A DNA stretch of 56,260 bases from Candidatus Woesearchaeota archaeon CG10_big_fil_rev_8_21_14_0_10_32_9 (GTDB taxonomy: Archaea > Nanobdellota > Nanobdellia > Woesearchaeales > 21-14-0-10-32-9). A program made the position numbers and the translations under genes. Shown here one piece after another: positions 47,017 to 56,260 of this stretch. The stretch spans positions 1-56,260 of the forward strand of contig PCYF01000001.1 in the NCBI GenBank assembly GCA_002762915.1, read 5' to 3'. Numbering within the stretch: position 1 is the stretch's first letter; every line of letters starts with the position of its first letter. The notes beneath the pieces are model-generated. The model searched no databases. It saw nothing but the letters and a program-made list of their open reading frames with translations, and was not told the origin of the DNA.

Positions 47017-49803
47017 TTAAGGTTCTACTTTCCACAGTATTATTTTTTCTCCTCTGAAACTTGTGACTTCTTTCATCTTCTTGAAGTGTTCAAGTCCTTT
47101 TCCATTTAAGAAAAACAATTTTGTAAACATAGAATCTGTCAACAGAGGATCCAACACCAAAGAAGAATATCCTGTTCCATCTTTGTATACAAGTACGTCT
47201 TGAGTAAATTGACTATTACTAAAAGTTGTGCTCGTAATTTTTTGTCCATCATAGATTGTTATGCCTGTTGGTTTTGCTGAACTCTGAGATACAAGACTTC
47301 CCGTTGTTAAATCAATTGCTTTTATTATGAGGAAGGATTCGTTCACAGATGTTAAGTTTATAATTGCTTTTGATACATATATTCCTGCATTTCCATTTAT
47401 TCCAATTCTTATATTATATGAACAATCCAGAACGTCAGTCTTCTGAACACAGCTCACCGGCGTCTGTGTAACGTATTGTGGCCAAGGGCTTATCCAATCA
47501 TTTGCTTGTTTTTCATCATTTATGCTTTGAACTTCTAAGTATTCTTGTTTTGCTTGCTCTGCTGAGTATCCTAGTACTTCTTGAGCTTCTTGTATTGCTA
47601 AATTTGCAGGCATGTTTTTTAATTTATAATAATTGTATGCTTTGCTGAAATTCCAACTTCCGAAGTGTCCCCACACTCCCGCTTTTCCAACCATGTCTTC
47701 GCTAGTTATATAGTACATAGGCCAGAGATCTTCGCAGTGAGAATAATCAAGAACGTTCTGCGTTTGCTCAGCAGTCAATCCAGAATCTAGGAGTGTTTGT
47801 TCCGCTTCAATCCGTGTTTCTCTCGTTATTTTTTCATGTAGTATTGTGGTTTTATATCTGTCTCCTGAGTAATTTTCTAGTAAATTGTAGCTTTCTTCTT
47901 GTCCGCAATTAAGCATTTTTAGGATGTCTAGCGCTTCATCTTCTTCATCTGTTAGAAGTGTTTTTCCGACCCAGTATATTCTTTTTCCCTGATCTCCTCC
48001 GTCAAAGGTTACTGTTCTTTCGCTTCTTGCTTGGAACCAGTGTCCAAAGTCCCACCAGCTCGTTATTATTCCTTTATCTGAATCGTTTTTTATTGTAAGC
48101 ATGGTTTCTTCCCAAGCATCATTGTAGGAAGGTATGTTTGATTTAGATATTGCGTATGCTTGTGGTACGAATTCAAATACAAATAAGAATAACATCAATA
48201 GAACAACTGCTGTTTTCAAAATTGTTTTTGTTATATTTTTAAGACTAGATTTATCGAGGCCTTTGTTCGTTTTTTGAAATATGTATCCTGCTAATGCTGT
48301 CACTCCAAAAGCTATTGTTGGTGCAAATAGTGCAGTAAATCTTATTCCTACAAGACTTGCGTAGTATGTGCTTAACATCCATGGAATCAATATTATTCCG
48401 TATAGTGGGTAGTTTGTTCCTTCTTTTTTATTAAACAAAAGAAGTAGTGCTCCCACTAATCCGCATAGGACAAATAATAATCCGCCTCCTGCAGTTAATG
48501 ATTGTTGATAGCTTCCAGGATTTAATTCTGCTACTGTTGTGAATACGCTAGGCCACAAAGCATAAGATGTTGAACCATATGCATCTCCTGCCGCTTTAAA
48601 TCCAAACACGAAATTAAGCGGTTGAAGTGGACTCGTTATTAGGTTGTTAAGACTTGATCCAGGATTTTCTCCTAAGAGTGGAGAAAGAATTATTGTGAAC
48701 AAAAATGCGCTGATTAAAAAAATAGACAGTACTTGTACAGGGCTTTTTATTTCTTCCCAGATTGTTTTCTTGTGTATTTTTTTATGTTTCATGTAATGTT
48801 TCATCAAAAGGTATGCGACAAACACAAATACTGCTCCTATGATGAAATCAAATGTGAACCACCATCCGCTCCAACTTCGCATAAACCAAAATGCGGTAAA
48901 TCCTATTAGTGAACTCCATATTAGTCTTTGTTTGAGGTTTTTGCTTTCTATGGCTTCTATGAAAAACCAAAACATCAGAAGTGGAAATAAGAATGTAACA
49001 TAGTCATCATCGGGGCTTACTGTTCTAGATACTATGGCAGGCATTACTGCTATTAGTGCTCCAGCGATTGTTCCTCCTATTGTTCCTCCGAATTTTCTTC
49101 CTATAAAGAAAGCAGGTATTACAACTAGTGCCATTAGTATGGCTGTTCTAAGTGCTGATGTGGTCATCACATCTTGAGCAGGATTGAATATTTTTATCAT
49201 TGAATGAATTTGATTTGTTATGAAGGGGGTTGTTATGAATCTAGCTTCCTGACCTAATCTGCCATCTCTTAATCCGAACATTTTTTGTCCGTCTATTTCT
49301 TCAGTTCCAAAATATCCGTTTTTTTCATACCATTTTGAATAAGAATACCACAAGTAAGAGTCTATATCTGATAAATAGAACGTGCCTTTATCATCTCGCA
49401 TTTCATCTTTGTACATTGCTGAGATTTGTTGTATTTGCGAATCAACGCTTTGTTTGTTTTTTGAATAATAGTCGGAATATTGGGTTTCTACTAATTGGGC
49501 GATGCTTGCTTCTGGAAGATCAGCTCTTTGAGTTCTTATTTGCAAGTCCATTTGACTCTTTATGTTACTTTCAACTGAGGTTTTTGCCCAATCTTCAGTC
49601 GCGGGGATTCCTAGCGAGTATGATCTTACATGAAATGCTGTGAACATCAAAACAAGAATAAGAACTATTGTTAGGGTTGTTTGATTGAATATTTTTTTAT
49701 TGTTAAAAAATTTAGATGCCTTTTGCTTTAACTCTTTTTTATTTATTTGTATTGTTTCTTCTTTTGCCAATATGTTCCCCTCTGCGATTTGAGTTTCTTG
49801 CAT
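47017..49803 (-). CDS. aglB: Oligosaccharyltransferase AglB (STT3)
   Basis: DIDSY, PDDD, TVAE (TIXE), WWDFGH and DMVGK (DK) motifs; multi-TM N-terminus. Confidence 0.93.
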   Translation of the reverse strand: MQETQIAEGNILAKEETIQINKKELKQKASKFFNNKKIFNQTTLTIVLILVLMFTAFHVRSYSLGIPATEDWAKTSVESNIKSQMDLQIRTQRADLPEASIAQLVETQYSDYYSKNKQSVDSQIQQISAMYKDEMRDDKGTFYLSDIDSYLWYSYSKWYEKNGYFGTEEIDGQKMFGLRDGRLGQEARFITTPFITNQIHSMIKIFNPAQDVMTTSALRTAILMALVVIPAFFIGRKFGGTIGGTIAGALIAVMPAIVSRTVSPDDDYVTFLFPLLMFWFFIEAIESKNLKQRLIWSSLIGFTAFWFMRSWSGWWFTFDFIIGAVFVFVAYLLMKHYMKHKKIHKKTIWEEIKSPVQVLSIFLISAFLFTIILSPLLGENPGSSLNNLITSPLQPLNFVFGFKAAGDAYGSTSYALWPSVFTTVAELNPGSYQQSLTAGGGLLFVLCGLVGALLLLFNKKEGTNYPLYGIILIPWMLSTYYASLVGIRFTALFAPTIAFGVTALAGYIFQKTNKGLDKSSLKNITKTILKTAVVLLMLFLFVFEFVPQAYAISKSNIPSYNDAWEETMLTIKNDSDKGIITSWWDFGHWFQARSERTVTFDGGDQGKRIYWVGKTLLTDEEDEALDILKMLNCGQEESYNLLENYSGDRYKTTILHEKITRETRIEAEQTLLDSGLTAEQTQNVLDYSHCEDLWPMYYITSEDMVGKAGVWGHFGSWNFSKAYNYYKLKNMPANLAIQEAQEVLGYSAEQAKQEYLEVQSINDEKQANDWISPWPQYVTQTPVSCVQKTDVLDCSYNIRIGINGNAGIYVSKAIINLTSVNESFLIIKAIDLTTGSLVSQSSAKPTGITIYDGQKITSTTFSNSQFTQDVLVYKDGTGYSSLVLDPLLTDSMFTKLFFLNGKGLEHFKKMKEVTSFRGEKIILWKVEP

Positions 49804-49830
49804 TATTTAAATATCTTTCTTAGCTTTTCA

Positions 49831-50055
49831 TTAGAAATAATGATTTACAGGAAGGTTATTATATTGGTCTTTTACTTTTCTTAAAACTTCATCTGTATCT
49901 AGCAGATTTGTAAGAATTGTTTTATTTTTTGTATCTACGGAATAATATGCGCCATCTCGATCTACATGATTAGTAATTATTAGTTTGTACCATTCATCAT
50001 TTATTATTATTCCTTTGTGTTCTGTTTTTGGCCGAGTTACAATTTCATTAATCAA
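49831..50055 (-). CDS. Small hypothetical protein
   Basis: 74-aa ORF filling the gap between GGR and aglB. Confidence 0.5.
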   Translation of the reverse strand: MINEIVTRPKTEHKGIIINDEWYKLIITNHVDRDGAYYSVDTKNKTILTNLLDTDEVLRKVKDQYNNLPVNHYF

Positions 50056-50059
50056 CTTT

Positions 50060-51196
50060 TCATCTCTGTGATTTTAATAATGCTTTTATTCCAATTCCAA
50101 CTAATGTAGGATTATTTAAACTTAACTCTGTCAATAATTTTATCGGGGAGTCTCTATTTATTTTTGATAATATTTCTTTAGTTTTTTTAGTATTTAGAGT
50201 TTCTAAAAGTCCATTCCATTCTCTGTCAGAGTATTTTTTTAGAATTCTGTTCAATTTGTAGTGTACATAAAGTTCTAAGTTTAGTTTTCTTAGATTTTTT
50301 TTGTAGTTAAAAGGTCCGTCAGATAATGCTTTTGCAGCTTTTAATCCAGGAATTATTCCTCCGCCGGTTGTATTTTTTATTTGTAGCGCGGCATCTCCAA
50401 GCAAGGCAACAGAAAAGCAGTTCTGTTCGCTGCTCGCAGTGTTCTGCGTTCCGTGCTGCGTTCTGACCACTGTCGCCCGCGGTTTGTGTAGGGGTATCGG
50501 TCCGCCTTGTATTTCTAGAATTTTCCCAGGATACTTTTTTATAAAGTCATCAAATATTTTTTTTGCATTCGAACGAGCAGCAACACCTACGCGAGATATT
50601 TCTGGCGATTCTGGGGCTGACCAAGAGTACTCTCCAATTGTCGGATAGAAATCAATTTTTTTAGAATCAAGATCTTTTAACAAAATTCTTGCTTGAACTC
50701 CAGTTAGAAATTTACGAGTAGAGTAGAGTTTGTTATTCTTTGCAACTAAACTTGAAGGCCCGTCTGCACCAACTAGAAAATTTGTTTTTAATTCGATTAT
50801 GTTTTGAGTTTTAATATTTCTGAGTTTTATGGTTGTACCATTATTTTCCAGGTATTTGTGTCCAGAAAGAATTTTCACGCCAGTTTTTTCTGCTTCTTTA
50901 TGTAAATATTTGATAAATGAAACATTACAAATTATTCTATCTGAATTTATGGGCGTTTCAAAAGCATTATTTCTTGAAAAGATTTTTGTTCTAGTTATTT
51001 TGTTTAATGTAAATTTATTTATTTCTTTAAAGGGAAGTAATTTTTCTAGTTCAGAAGTAAGTATTCCTGTGCATTGTACAGGTTTTCCAATTTCGAGATG
51101 CTCTTCTACTAAGACGACATCTTCGTCCGGATGTTTTTCTTTGTATTGTTTTGAAAAATAAAGTCCTGCACTTCCTCCGCCTATTATAATTGTCAT
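50060..51196 (-). CDS. Geranylgeranyl reductase family FAD oxidoreductase
   Basis: IIGGGSAG, QCTG, LVGADG, LLGDAA...TGGGI. Confidence 0.88.
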   Translation of the reverse strand: MTIIIGGGSAGLYFSKQYKEKHPDEDVVLVEEHLEIGKPVQCTGILTSELEKLLPFKEINKFTLNKITRTKIFSRNNAFETPINSDRIICNVSFIKYLHKEAEKTGVKILSGHKYLENNGTTIKLRNIKTQNIIELKTNFLVGADGPSSLVAKNNKLYSTRKFLTGVQARILLKDLDSKKIDFYPTIGEYSWSAPESPEISRVGVAARSNAKKIFDDFIKKYPGKILEIQGGPIPLHKPRATVVRTQHGTQNTASSEQNCFSVALLGDAALQIKNTTGGGIIPGLKAAKALSDGPFNYKKNLRKLNLELYVHYKLNRILKKYSDREWNGLLETLNTKKTKEILSKINRDSPIKLLTELSLNNPTLVGIGIKALLKSQR

Positions 51197-51385
51197 GATG
51201 ATTGTTAAATTAAATTGTTTTTATATTTATATGTTCGTGCTCTCAAAATATCTTTGTTTTTATTATGTAATGGTGACAAAACAAGAATATTTATATATGA
51301 TGGTATCTTTCATGTTATAAAATTAGGGGGTTGGACTGTTTTATCTGTAATTATAAAAAATACAGAGGGTCCAAATGTATAAAAA

Positions 51386-52720
51386 ATGAATATTAAAAAA
51401 ACAATTTTACCACTTATCTTTGCTGGAATAACTCTTTTTGGTGCAAACGCATATGCCCAAAACAAACCGGAACAAACAAAAAAAATTAATAATCCTGTTC
51501 TTGTTGAAGGAGATCAATTAACAGAAACTTCTAAACTGAACTTTTTCTATGAACAAGATAATAAAGGAATTTTTGTCAGAATGTTAGACAAACCACACGC
51601 TAAAGAATTTATAGGAAATAATTCTTATGATGTGCCCTGCACAATTAATGATGTTGCATCTGATGTTTTCAAAGCATTAAACAGAGGAACCTCTGTAAAT
51701 AAATCTTGGTTAGAAGGAACAAACAATCACGTTAATAATGTAGAATTAAGAGATAAAGTAGATTCTAGAATAAAAAATTATTTGACTGCAAATAGACAAT
51801 CTCTTGAAGCGCAATCTTGGAATGATATTGACAAAAATGGATACAGTCTTGCAGATCTTATTGTTGGATATAATATGGTTGAAGGAGAAATTCTTAACAA
51901 CAATCTTCCGCAAAATATGCTAAAGATGCCTGTAGGTCAAAAAGTTTACATGCCTGATGAAATTGCAAGTAAATTAAAAGAAGTTGGTACAACCATTGTT
52001 CTTTATACTGGATTAGATAAAGAAGATTTAGTTGCAAAAAATAAGGAAAAAGGAAAATTCCAACAAGAGTATTTCGGAAAAACTTTTGCAGATACTTCAA
52101 AAACTTTTGGAGATTATCCTTCAGGAAGTTCTTCTGGAAATGCTTTGTTTGATTATTTAGGAACATTCTTTTCAGATTTCAACAAATCAGGAGTTTCTTT
52201 ACAAGCTTCTTATGATTCAAGAAATACTAAAGGCTTCGGAGTAGAAGTAAATCATCCAAGCGGATTAGATTTAGCAATTCAGTACCTAGTTGGATCAAAT
52301 GAAATAAATAAAGGTCTAGGAACAAGAAGTGAAACAATTCCACACCCATTCCTTCCATTGACTGCATATTCAGGAGTGACAACCACGGGTATTGAAAACT
52401 GGAGAAATGGTTTTAATGTATCTGCAGAATATCCTGTTGCAAAAACAAATTTTGGTACATTTAAAGCAGGATTAACAGGATCTTTCCTAGAATCAGAATT
52501 AATGGAAAATAAAGTTTTTGAAACTTATTTTTCAAACGGAACTGATAAAATTGATTACGATAAGAATGTAAAACAAGGAGAAAAGACCAAAAAGAACATA
52601 AGTTTCTATGGTCCTTCAGTATCTTTTGATTTGGGAGATTGGTCTTTCAATGCAAAGGCTTTGTTTTCAGATTATGAACCGTTATACTCTGCTGGAGTAA
52701 GTTATAAAATTATTAAATAA
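51386..52720 (+). CDS. Secreted protein with LysM-like segment and predicted C-terminal beta-barrel-like domain
   Basis: Signal peptide ending ANAYA; VGQKVYMP segment; eight amphipathic strands ending YSAGVSYKI. Confidence 0.75.
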   Translation: MNIKKTILPLIFAGITLFGANAYAQNKPEQTKKINNPVLVEGDQLTETSKLNFFYEQDNKGIFVRMLDKPHAKEFIGNNSYDVPCTINDVASDVFKALNRGTSVNKSWLEGTNNHVNNVELRDKVDSRIKNYLTANRQSLEAQSWNDIDKNGYSLADLIVGYNMVEGEILNNNLPQNMLKMPVGQKVYMPDEIASKLKEVGTTIVLYTGLDKEDLVAKNKEKGKFQQEYFGKTFADTSKTFGDYPSGSSSGNALFDYLGTFFSDFNKSGVSLQASYDSRNTKGFGVEVNHPSGLDLAIQYLVGSNEINKGLGTRSETIPHPFLPLTAYSGVTTTGIENWRNGFNVSAEYPVAKTNFGTFKAGLTGSFLESELMENKVFETYFSNGTDKIDYDKNVKQGEKTKKNISFYGPSVSFDLGDWSFNAKALFSDYEPLYSAGVSYKIIK

Positions 52721-52740
52721 AATTTCGCGGGGGAAAAATT

Positions 52741-55275
52741 ATGTTTAAATTAAATGCAAAAGTACTGGTTTTATTCTTTTTAGTATTCATGCTGGCAAGT
52801 GGAGCTTCTGCTCTGTCAATTTTTGCTCAGTTTGAAAATGAACAACAAGCAGCAACAATTACGAATGGAGAAAACATTAATTATGATGTTGCAGCAATTG
52901 CAGATCAAAGTACTTCTTGGTTAAAAGTTACTGGGAAACTTTACAAATATGATAATTCAGAAGTTGTTTTTGTAAAAACGTTATTCTCAGAAACCGTTTA
53001 TACTACGACATATTTTCCTTCAACAAAAAATTTAGCCCAAACAGATTATCAAACAGATGGAGACTATCTTGTTGATTTTTTAGCAGAAGAATATTGGACT
53101 GATGGAACTACAACTGCAAGATCTACTCAAATTTATTTGAAGGTTAATGCAACATATTCTAACATTGCACCTATTGCGGATTTTAATTACACTCCTTTAA
53201 ATCCTACTACACAAGATACTGTAATTTTCATTTCCAATTCAACAGATGATCATGGCATCATTTTAGCGGAATGGTTTGTGAATGGAGTAAAACTAGGCGA
53301 AGGAAATCTTATAACTAAATTATTCGGTCAACAAGGAACATATTCTATTAAATTAAGAGTGACTGACACTGATGGCGTTCAAACAGAAATAACAAAATTG
53401 GTAGCGGTTTCAAATGCTTCAATTATAAATAACGCTCCAACTATGCAAGCAATTCCTAATCAAGAAATCTTAGAAAGTGCTCAAACTTATGAATATCAAT
53501 TGCAAGTAGCAGATCAAGACAATGATACTCTTGTTTGTTACAAAGTTTCAGGACCTTCGTGGATAAATGTAGAGTCACAATCATGTAAAGTTGTAGCATC
53601 TAGTATTCCTCAAGTAACTCAAAATAATAGTTATTTAATTTCTGTGGGTGTAAGCGATGGTCAACTATCTGACAATAAAAGTTATTCTTTGAAAGTTGTT
53701 GATGTGCCTCTATTTGTAGTTTTAGATGAATTATTTTGTAATCCCGATGTTGTTGTTGGACATCAACAACATTGTTCAGTACATGTTTCTGAAAATATTT
53801 CAGATGCAATAATTACTTTCAAGTATGTTTCTGATGATTCCACTTTAGGACAATGTGAAACAAATGACAAAGGATATTGCCACATTAATCCGAATATTAC
53901 TTTAGCTGCAGGAAATTATGAAATTTATGCAGAAGCTGTAAAGCCAAATTACATTTCAGATTTAACTAAAAATTTGAGAACAACATTTAAAGTTTGGACA
54001 GAAAGATATGATGTTGCAAATCTAAAAGTGTATGAAGATGCATTTGTAACTGAAAATTATACTTTTTATAGATCAGCGCCCATGTATGTGAGTTTTGATG
54101 TTATTGATTTAATTACTGGAGAAATTGTTCCAGCATCTCAAGGATTAATCGATAGTGTATTTTTGAGAGTAAACAATAACTTTGTGTTAAACTTTACTAG
54201 ATACAATTCCGGAAACGAATATAAATATGAGTTGTCCTCAATTCCTATATCTGATGATTTCTTGGGGCAAGGTAATGTGTATGCTTTTGTATTTAATTTT
54301 ACAGATGATACTGCGGGCCAGGAAGACGTTGTTGTTAATATATTAAACAATCCTTTGGCATTTAATCCTCCACAGCAAGTACAATTACAACAAGGTGATT
54401 CAGTGGTTATAGATTTCAATCAGTATATTAGTGATGTTGAAACTCCTGTTGAAGATGTTTTGTTAAGTTATGCAAACACGGGAAATGTTCTTACTGTTCA
54501 ACCAATAGGAAATAAGATTTACAATATTACTGCAACTCAGTCTTTTGTCGGAAATCAAACAGTGGTTTTTGCTGCTGATGATACTGATGGCTCAGTTGTT
54601 TTCAGAAATGTAAATTTCTTAGTTAATCCCATTATTTTAACAAACTTGCCAGTTGCGGTTTTATACATGCCTGAATCTGTGCGTGCAGGAACTGAAGTGT
54701 TGTTAAATGGTTCAGAGTCATATGATTTAGATGGTGATGAAATTAATTTGTACTCTTGGAGTGTTGTGCAAGAAGGAAAACTTATTCAGTCTTGGTCAAC
54801 AACTGCTTCAACAACTAGTTATTTGTTTAATGCAAATGGACAATTTGAAGTAACTTTAACTGTTACAAATGTTTTGAACGAATCTGGAAGTACTACAAAG
54901 AAGATTTTCATAGGGCGAAATAATCCTCAAACTGTTGTTGGACAAGAAGACGGTATTTATGTGGAAAACTTTGAAGTCGTTGGAACAGATTGGGGCGTTG
55001 TTAGTGTTGAAGACGCTTTTGTTGTAAGGGCAACTGTAACTAATGATAGAAGTAAAATGAAAAATTTAAGATTGACCTTTAGCATTCCGGAATTAGGTTT
55101 TATTGCTAAAAGCGAATCTTTCACACTAAGTAGTGGAGATACAGAAGATATTCAATTTTATGTTCAATTACCATTTGATTCATCAGAAGTTCCTGCAGGA
55201 GAGTATATCTCTTTAGTGGGGGTAAGTGATTCGGATATAATTAGAAATAAGTATTTTCCTTTGATAATCGAGTAA
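52741..55275 (+). CDS. PKD/Ig-like domain cell-surface glycoprotein
   Basis: Signal peptide; PKD motifs APIADF...GTYSIKLRVTD and NGSESYDLDG...VTLTVT; cadherin-like NNAP...DQDND; many N-x-S/T sequons. Confidence 0.85.
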   Translation: MFKLNAKVLVLFFLVFMLASGASALSIFAQFENEQQAATITNGENINYDVAAIADQSTSWLKVTGKLYKYDNSEVVFVKTLFSETVYTTTYFPSTKNLAQTDYQTDGDYLVDFLAEEYWTDGTTTARSTQIYLKVNATYSNIAPIADFNYTPLNPTTQDTVIFISNSTDDHGIILAEWFVNGVKLGEGNLITKLFGQQGTYSIKLRVTDTDGVQTEITKLVAVSNASIINNAPTMQAIPNQEILESAQTYEYQLQVADQDNDTLVCYKVSGPSWINVESQSCKVVASSIPQVTQNNSYLISVGVSDGQLSDNKSYSLKVVDVPLFVVLDELFCNPDVVVGHQQHCSVHVSENISDAIITFKYVSDDSTLGQCETNDKGYCHINPNITLAAGNYEIYAEAVKPNYISDLTKNLRTTFKVWTERYDVANLKVYEDAFVTENYTFYRSAPMYVSFDVIDLITGEIVPASQGLIDSVFLRVNNNFVLNFTRYNSGNEYKYELSSIPISDDFLGQGNVYAFVFNFTDDTAGQEDVVVNILNNPLAFNPPQQVQLQQGDSVVIDFNQYISDVETPVEDVLLSYANTGNVLTVQPIGNKIYNITATQSFVGNQTVVFAADDTDGSVVFRNVNFLVNPIILTNLPVAVLYMPESVRAGTEVLLNGSESYDLDGDEINLYSWSVVQEGKLIQSWSTTASTTSYLFNANGQFEVTLTVTNVLNESGSTTKKIFIGRNNPQTVVGQEDGIYVENFEVVGTDWGVVSVEDAFVVRATVTNDRSKMKNLRLTFSIPELGFIAKSESFTLSSGDTEDIQFYVQLPFDSSEVPAGEYISLVGVSDSDIIRNKYFPLIIE

Positions 55276-55382
55276 GGTATTCACTAGGGAATGGTTACAA
55301 TGAAAACATTTAAATATGATTAATCATTTCATGACGGTGATAGTACTTTAAAATAATAATAAGAAGGACGGGGGGTAATAAA

Positions 55383-56260
55383 ATGAAAATAATAAATTTA
55401 ATGACAGCAATTCTTTTGCTAGTTGTATTGGTGATCTCATCAGTTAGTGCTGTACAAAGCGCAGAGGTTCAACCAATTAATGATGGGCTAGATGTGAACG
55501 CAACTCCATCAGCATATATCGCAATAACAGATGTAAAGATTAATAGTGATACGGCGTACGATGGTGACGATCTTTATGTAGAAAGAGGGGACGTATTAAA
55601 AGTAAGAGTTACTCTTGAAGCAGGAGATCAGGACGTTACTGATGCTTACTTAGGAGCATTTATGTCTGGTTACAGATATGCGTACTATGAAAGAGATATG
55701 GTAACTGATTACACTAAAACATTCAGTTTACCTGCACATGAAAAAAGATCATTTGACTTGACTGTTACAGTTCCAGTAGATATGGAAAAGAAAGATGCTA
55801 AGTTAAGACTAGTTCTATTTGATGAAAATAGCGCATCAGTAATAACTTACAATTATCAAGTTTCAATTTATGGAACAGCAGATGATAGTGCAGTTCAAAT
55901 ACAAGACTTCTTCGTAAGTCCTTCTACAACAATAGAAGCAGGAAGAGCTTTATCTTTCAAAGTTAAAGTAAAAAACTATGGTAATAACGATTTGGATGAT
56001 GTTAAAGTAAAAGTAGCAATACCTGCACTTAACATACAAACCTACGAAACAATAGATACTCTTGATAAGGATGAAAGTCAATCTTTCGAAGCTTTGTTAT
56101 TAAGAATACCTCCAGAAGCAAAGCCAGGAGATTATGAGGTTGTTGCAACCGTAGAGTTTGATAGATTCCAATCAGTTGAAGAATCAACACAAATAACAAT
56201 AATAAATGCAGAAGTTGCACAAACTGCTGGAAGCGATTCAGTAATAGCAATGCCTGAAGC
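55383..56260 (+). CDS. Secreted Ig-like/CARDB-type (putative S-layer) protein, runs off the window end
   Basis: Read by eye (absent from the ORF track): MKIINLMTAILLLVVLVISSVSA...IEAGRALSFKVKVKNYG...IPPEAKPGDYEV; open to the end of the window. Confidence 0.8.
   Translation, partial: MKIINLMTAILLLVVLVISSVSAVQSAEVQPINDGLDVNATPSAYIAITDVKINSDTAYDGDDLYVERGDVLKVRVTLEAGDQDVTDAYLGAFMSGYRYAYYERDMVTDYTKTFSLPAHEKRSFDLTVTVPVDMEKKDAKLRLVLFDENSASVITYNYQVSIYGTADDSAVQIQDFFVSPSTTIEAGRALSFKVKVKNYGNNDLDDVKVKVAIPALNIQTYETIDTLDKDESQSFEALLLRIPPEAKPGDYEVVATVEFDRFQSVEESTQITIINAEVAQTAGSDSVIAMPE

Overview
AT-rich archaeal chromosome segment, most likely from a DPANN archaeon of the Woesearchaeota type. This is inferred from a fused PriS-PriL primase, PolD, a stand-alone 5S rRNA gene and small conserved hypothetical genes. 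Bases 1-15 kb form a replication cluster (primase, Hef, MCM, TBP, aIF-2beta, PolD DP2/DP1, Orc1/Cdc6) ending in a probable oriC with ORB boxes and a very AT-rich core. A second pair of near-consensus ORBs lies about 7.6 kb away, upstream of tbp-mcm. Bases 15-32 kb hold translation and repair genes (pheT/pheS, TrmB, pelota, radA, radB, uS2, a truncated Rqc2/NFACT, an RsmB-type methylase, 5S rRNA) and a homologue of the ArmA/Rmt aminoglycoside-resistance 16S methylases. Bases 32-50 kb are an aglB-anchored N-glycosylation island (wecB/wecC, glycosyltransferases, flippase, DegT, a FemAB-like protein, four methyltransferases). Bases 50-56 kb encode a geranylgeranyl reductase and three secreted proteins. 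The first of these appears to end in an 8-stranded outer-membrane-type beta-barrel and carries a LysM-like segment, which is unexpected in an archaeon. All calls come from motif recognition by eye; no searches were run.
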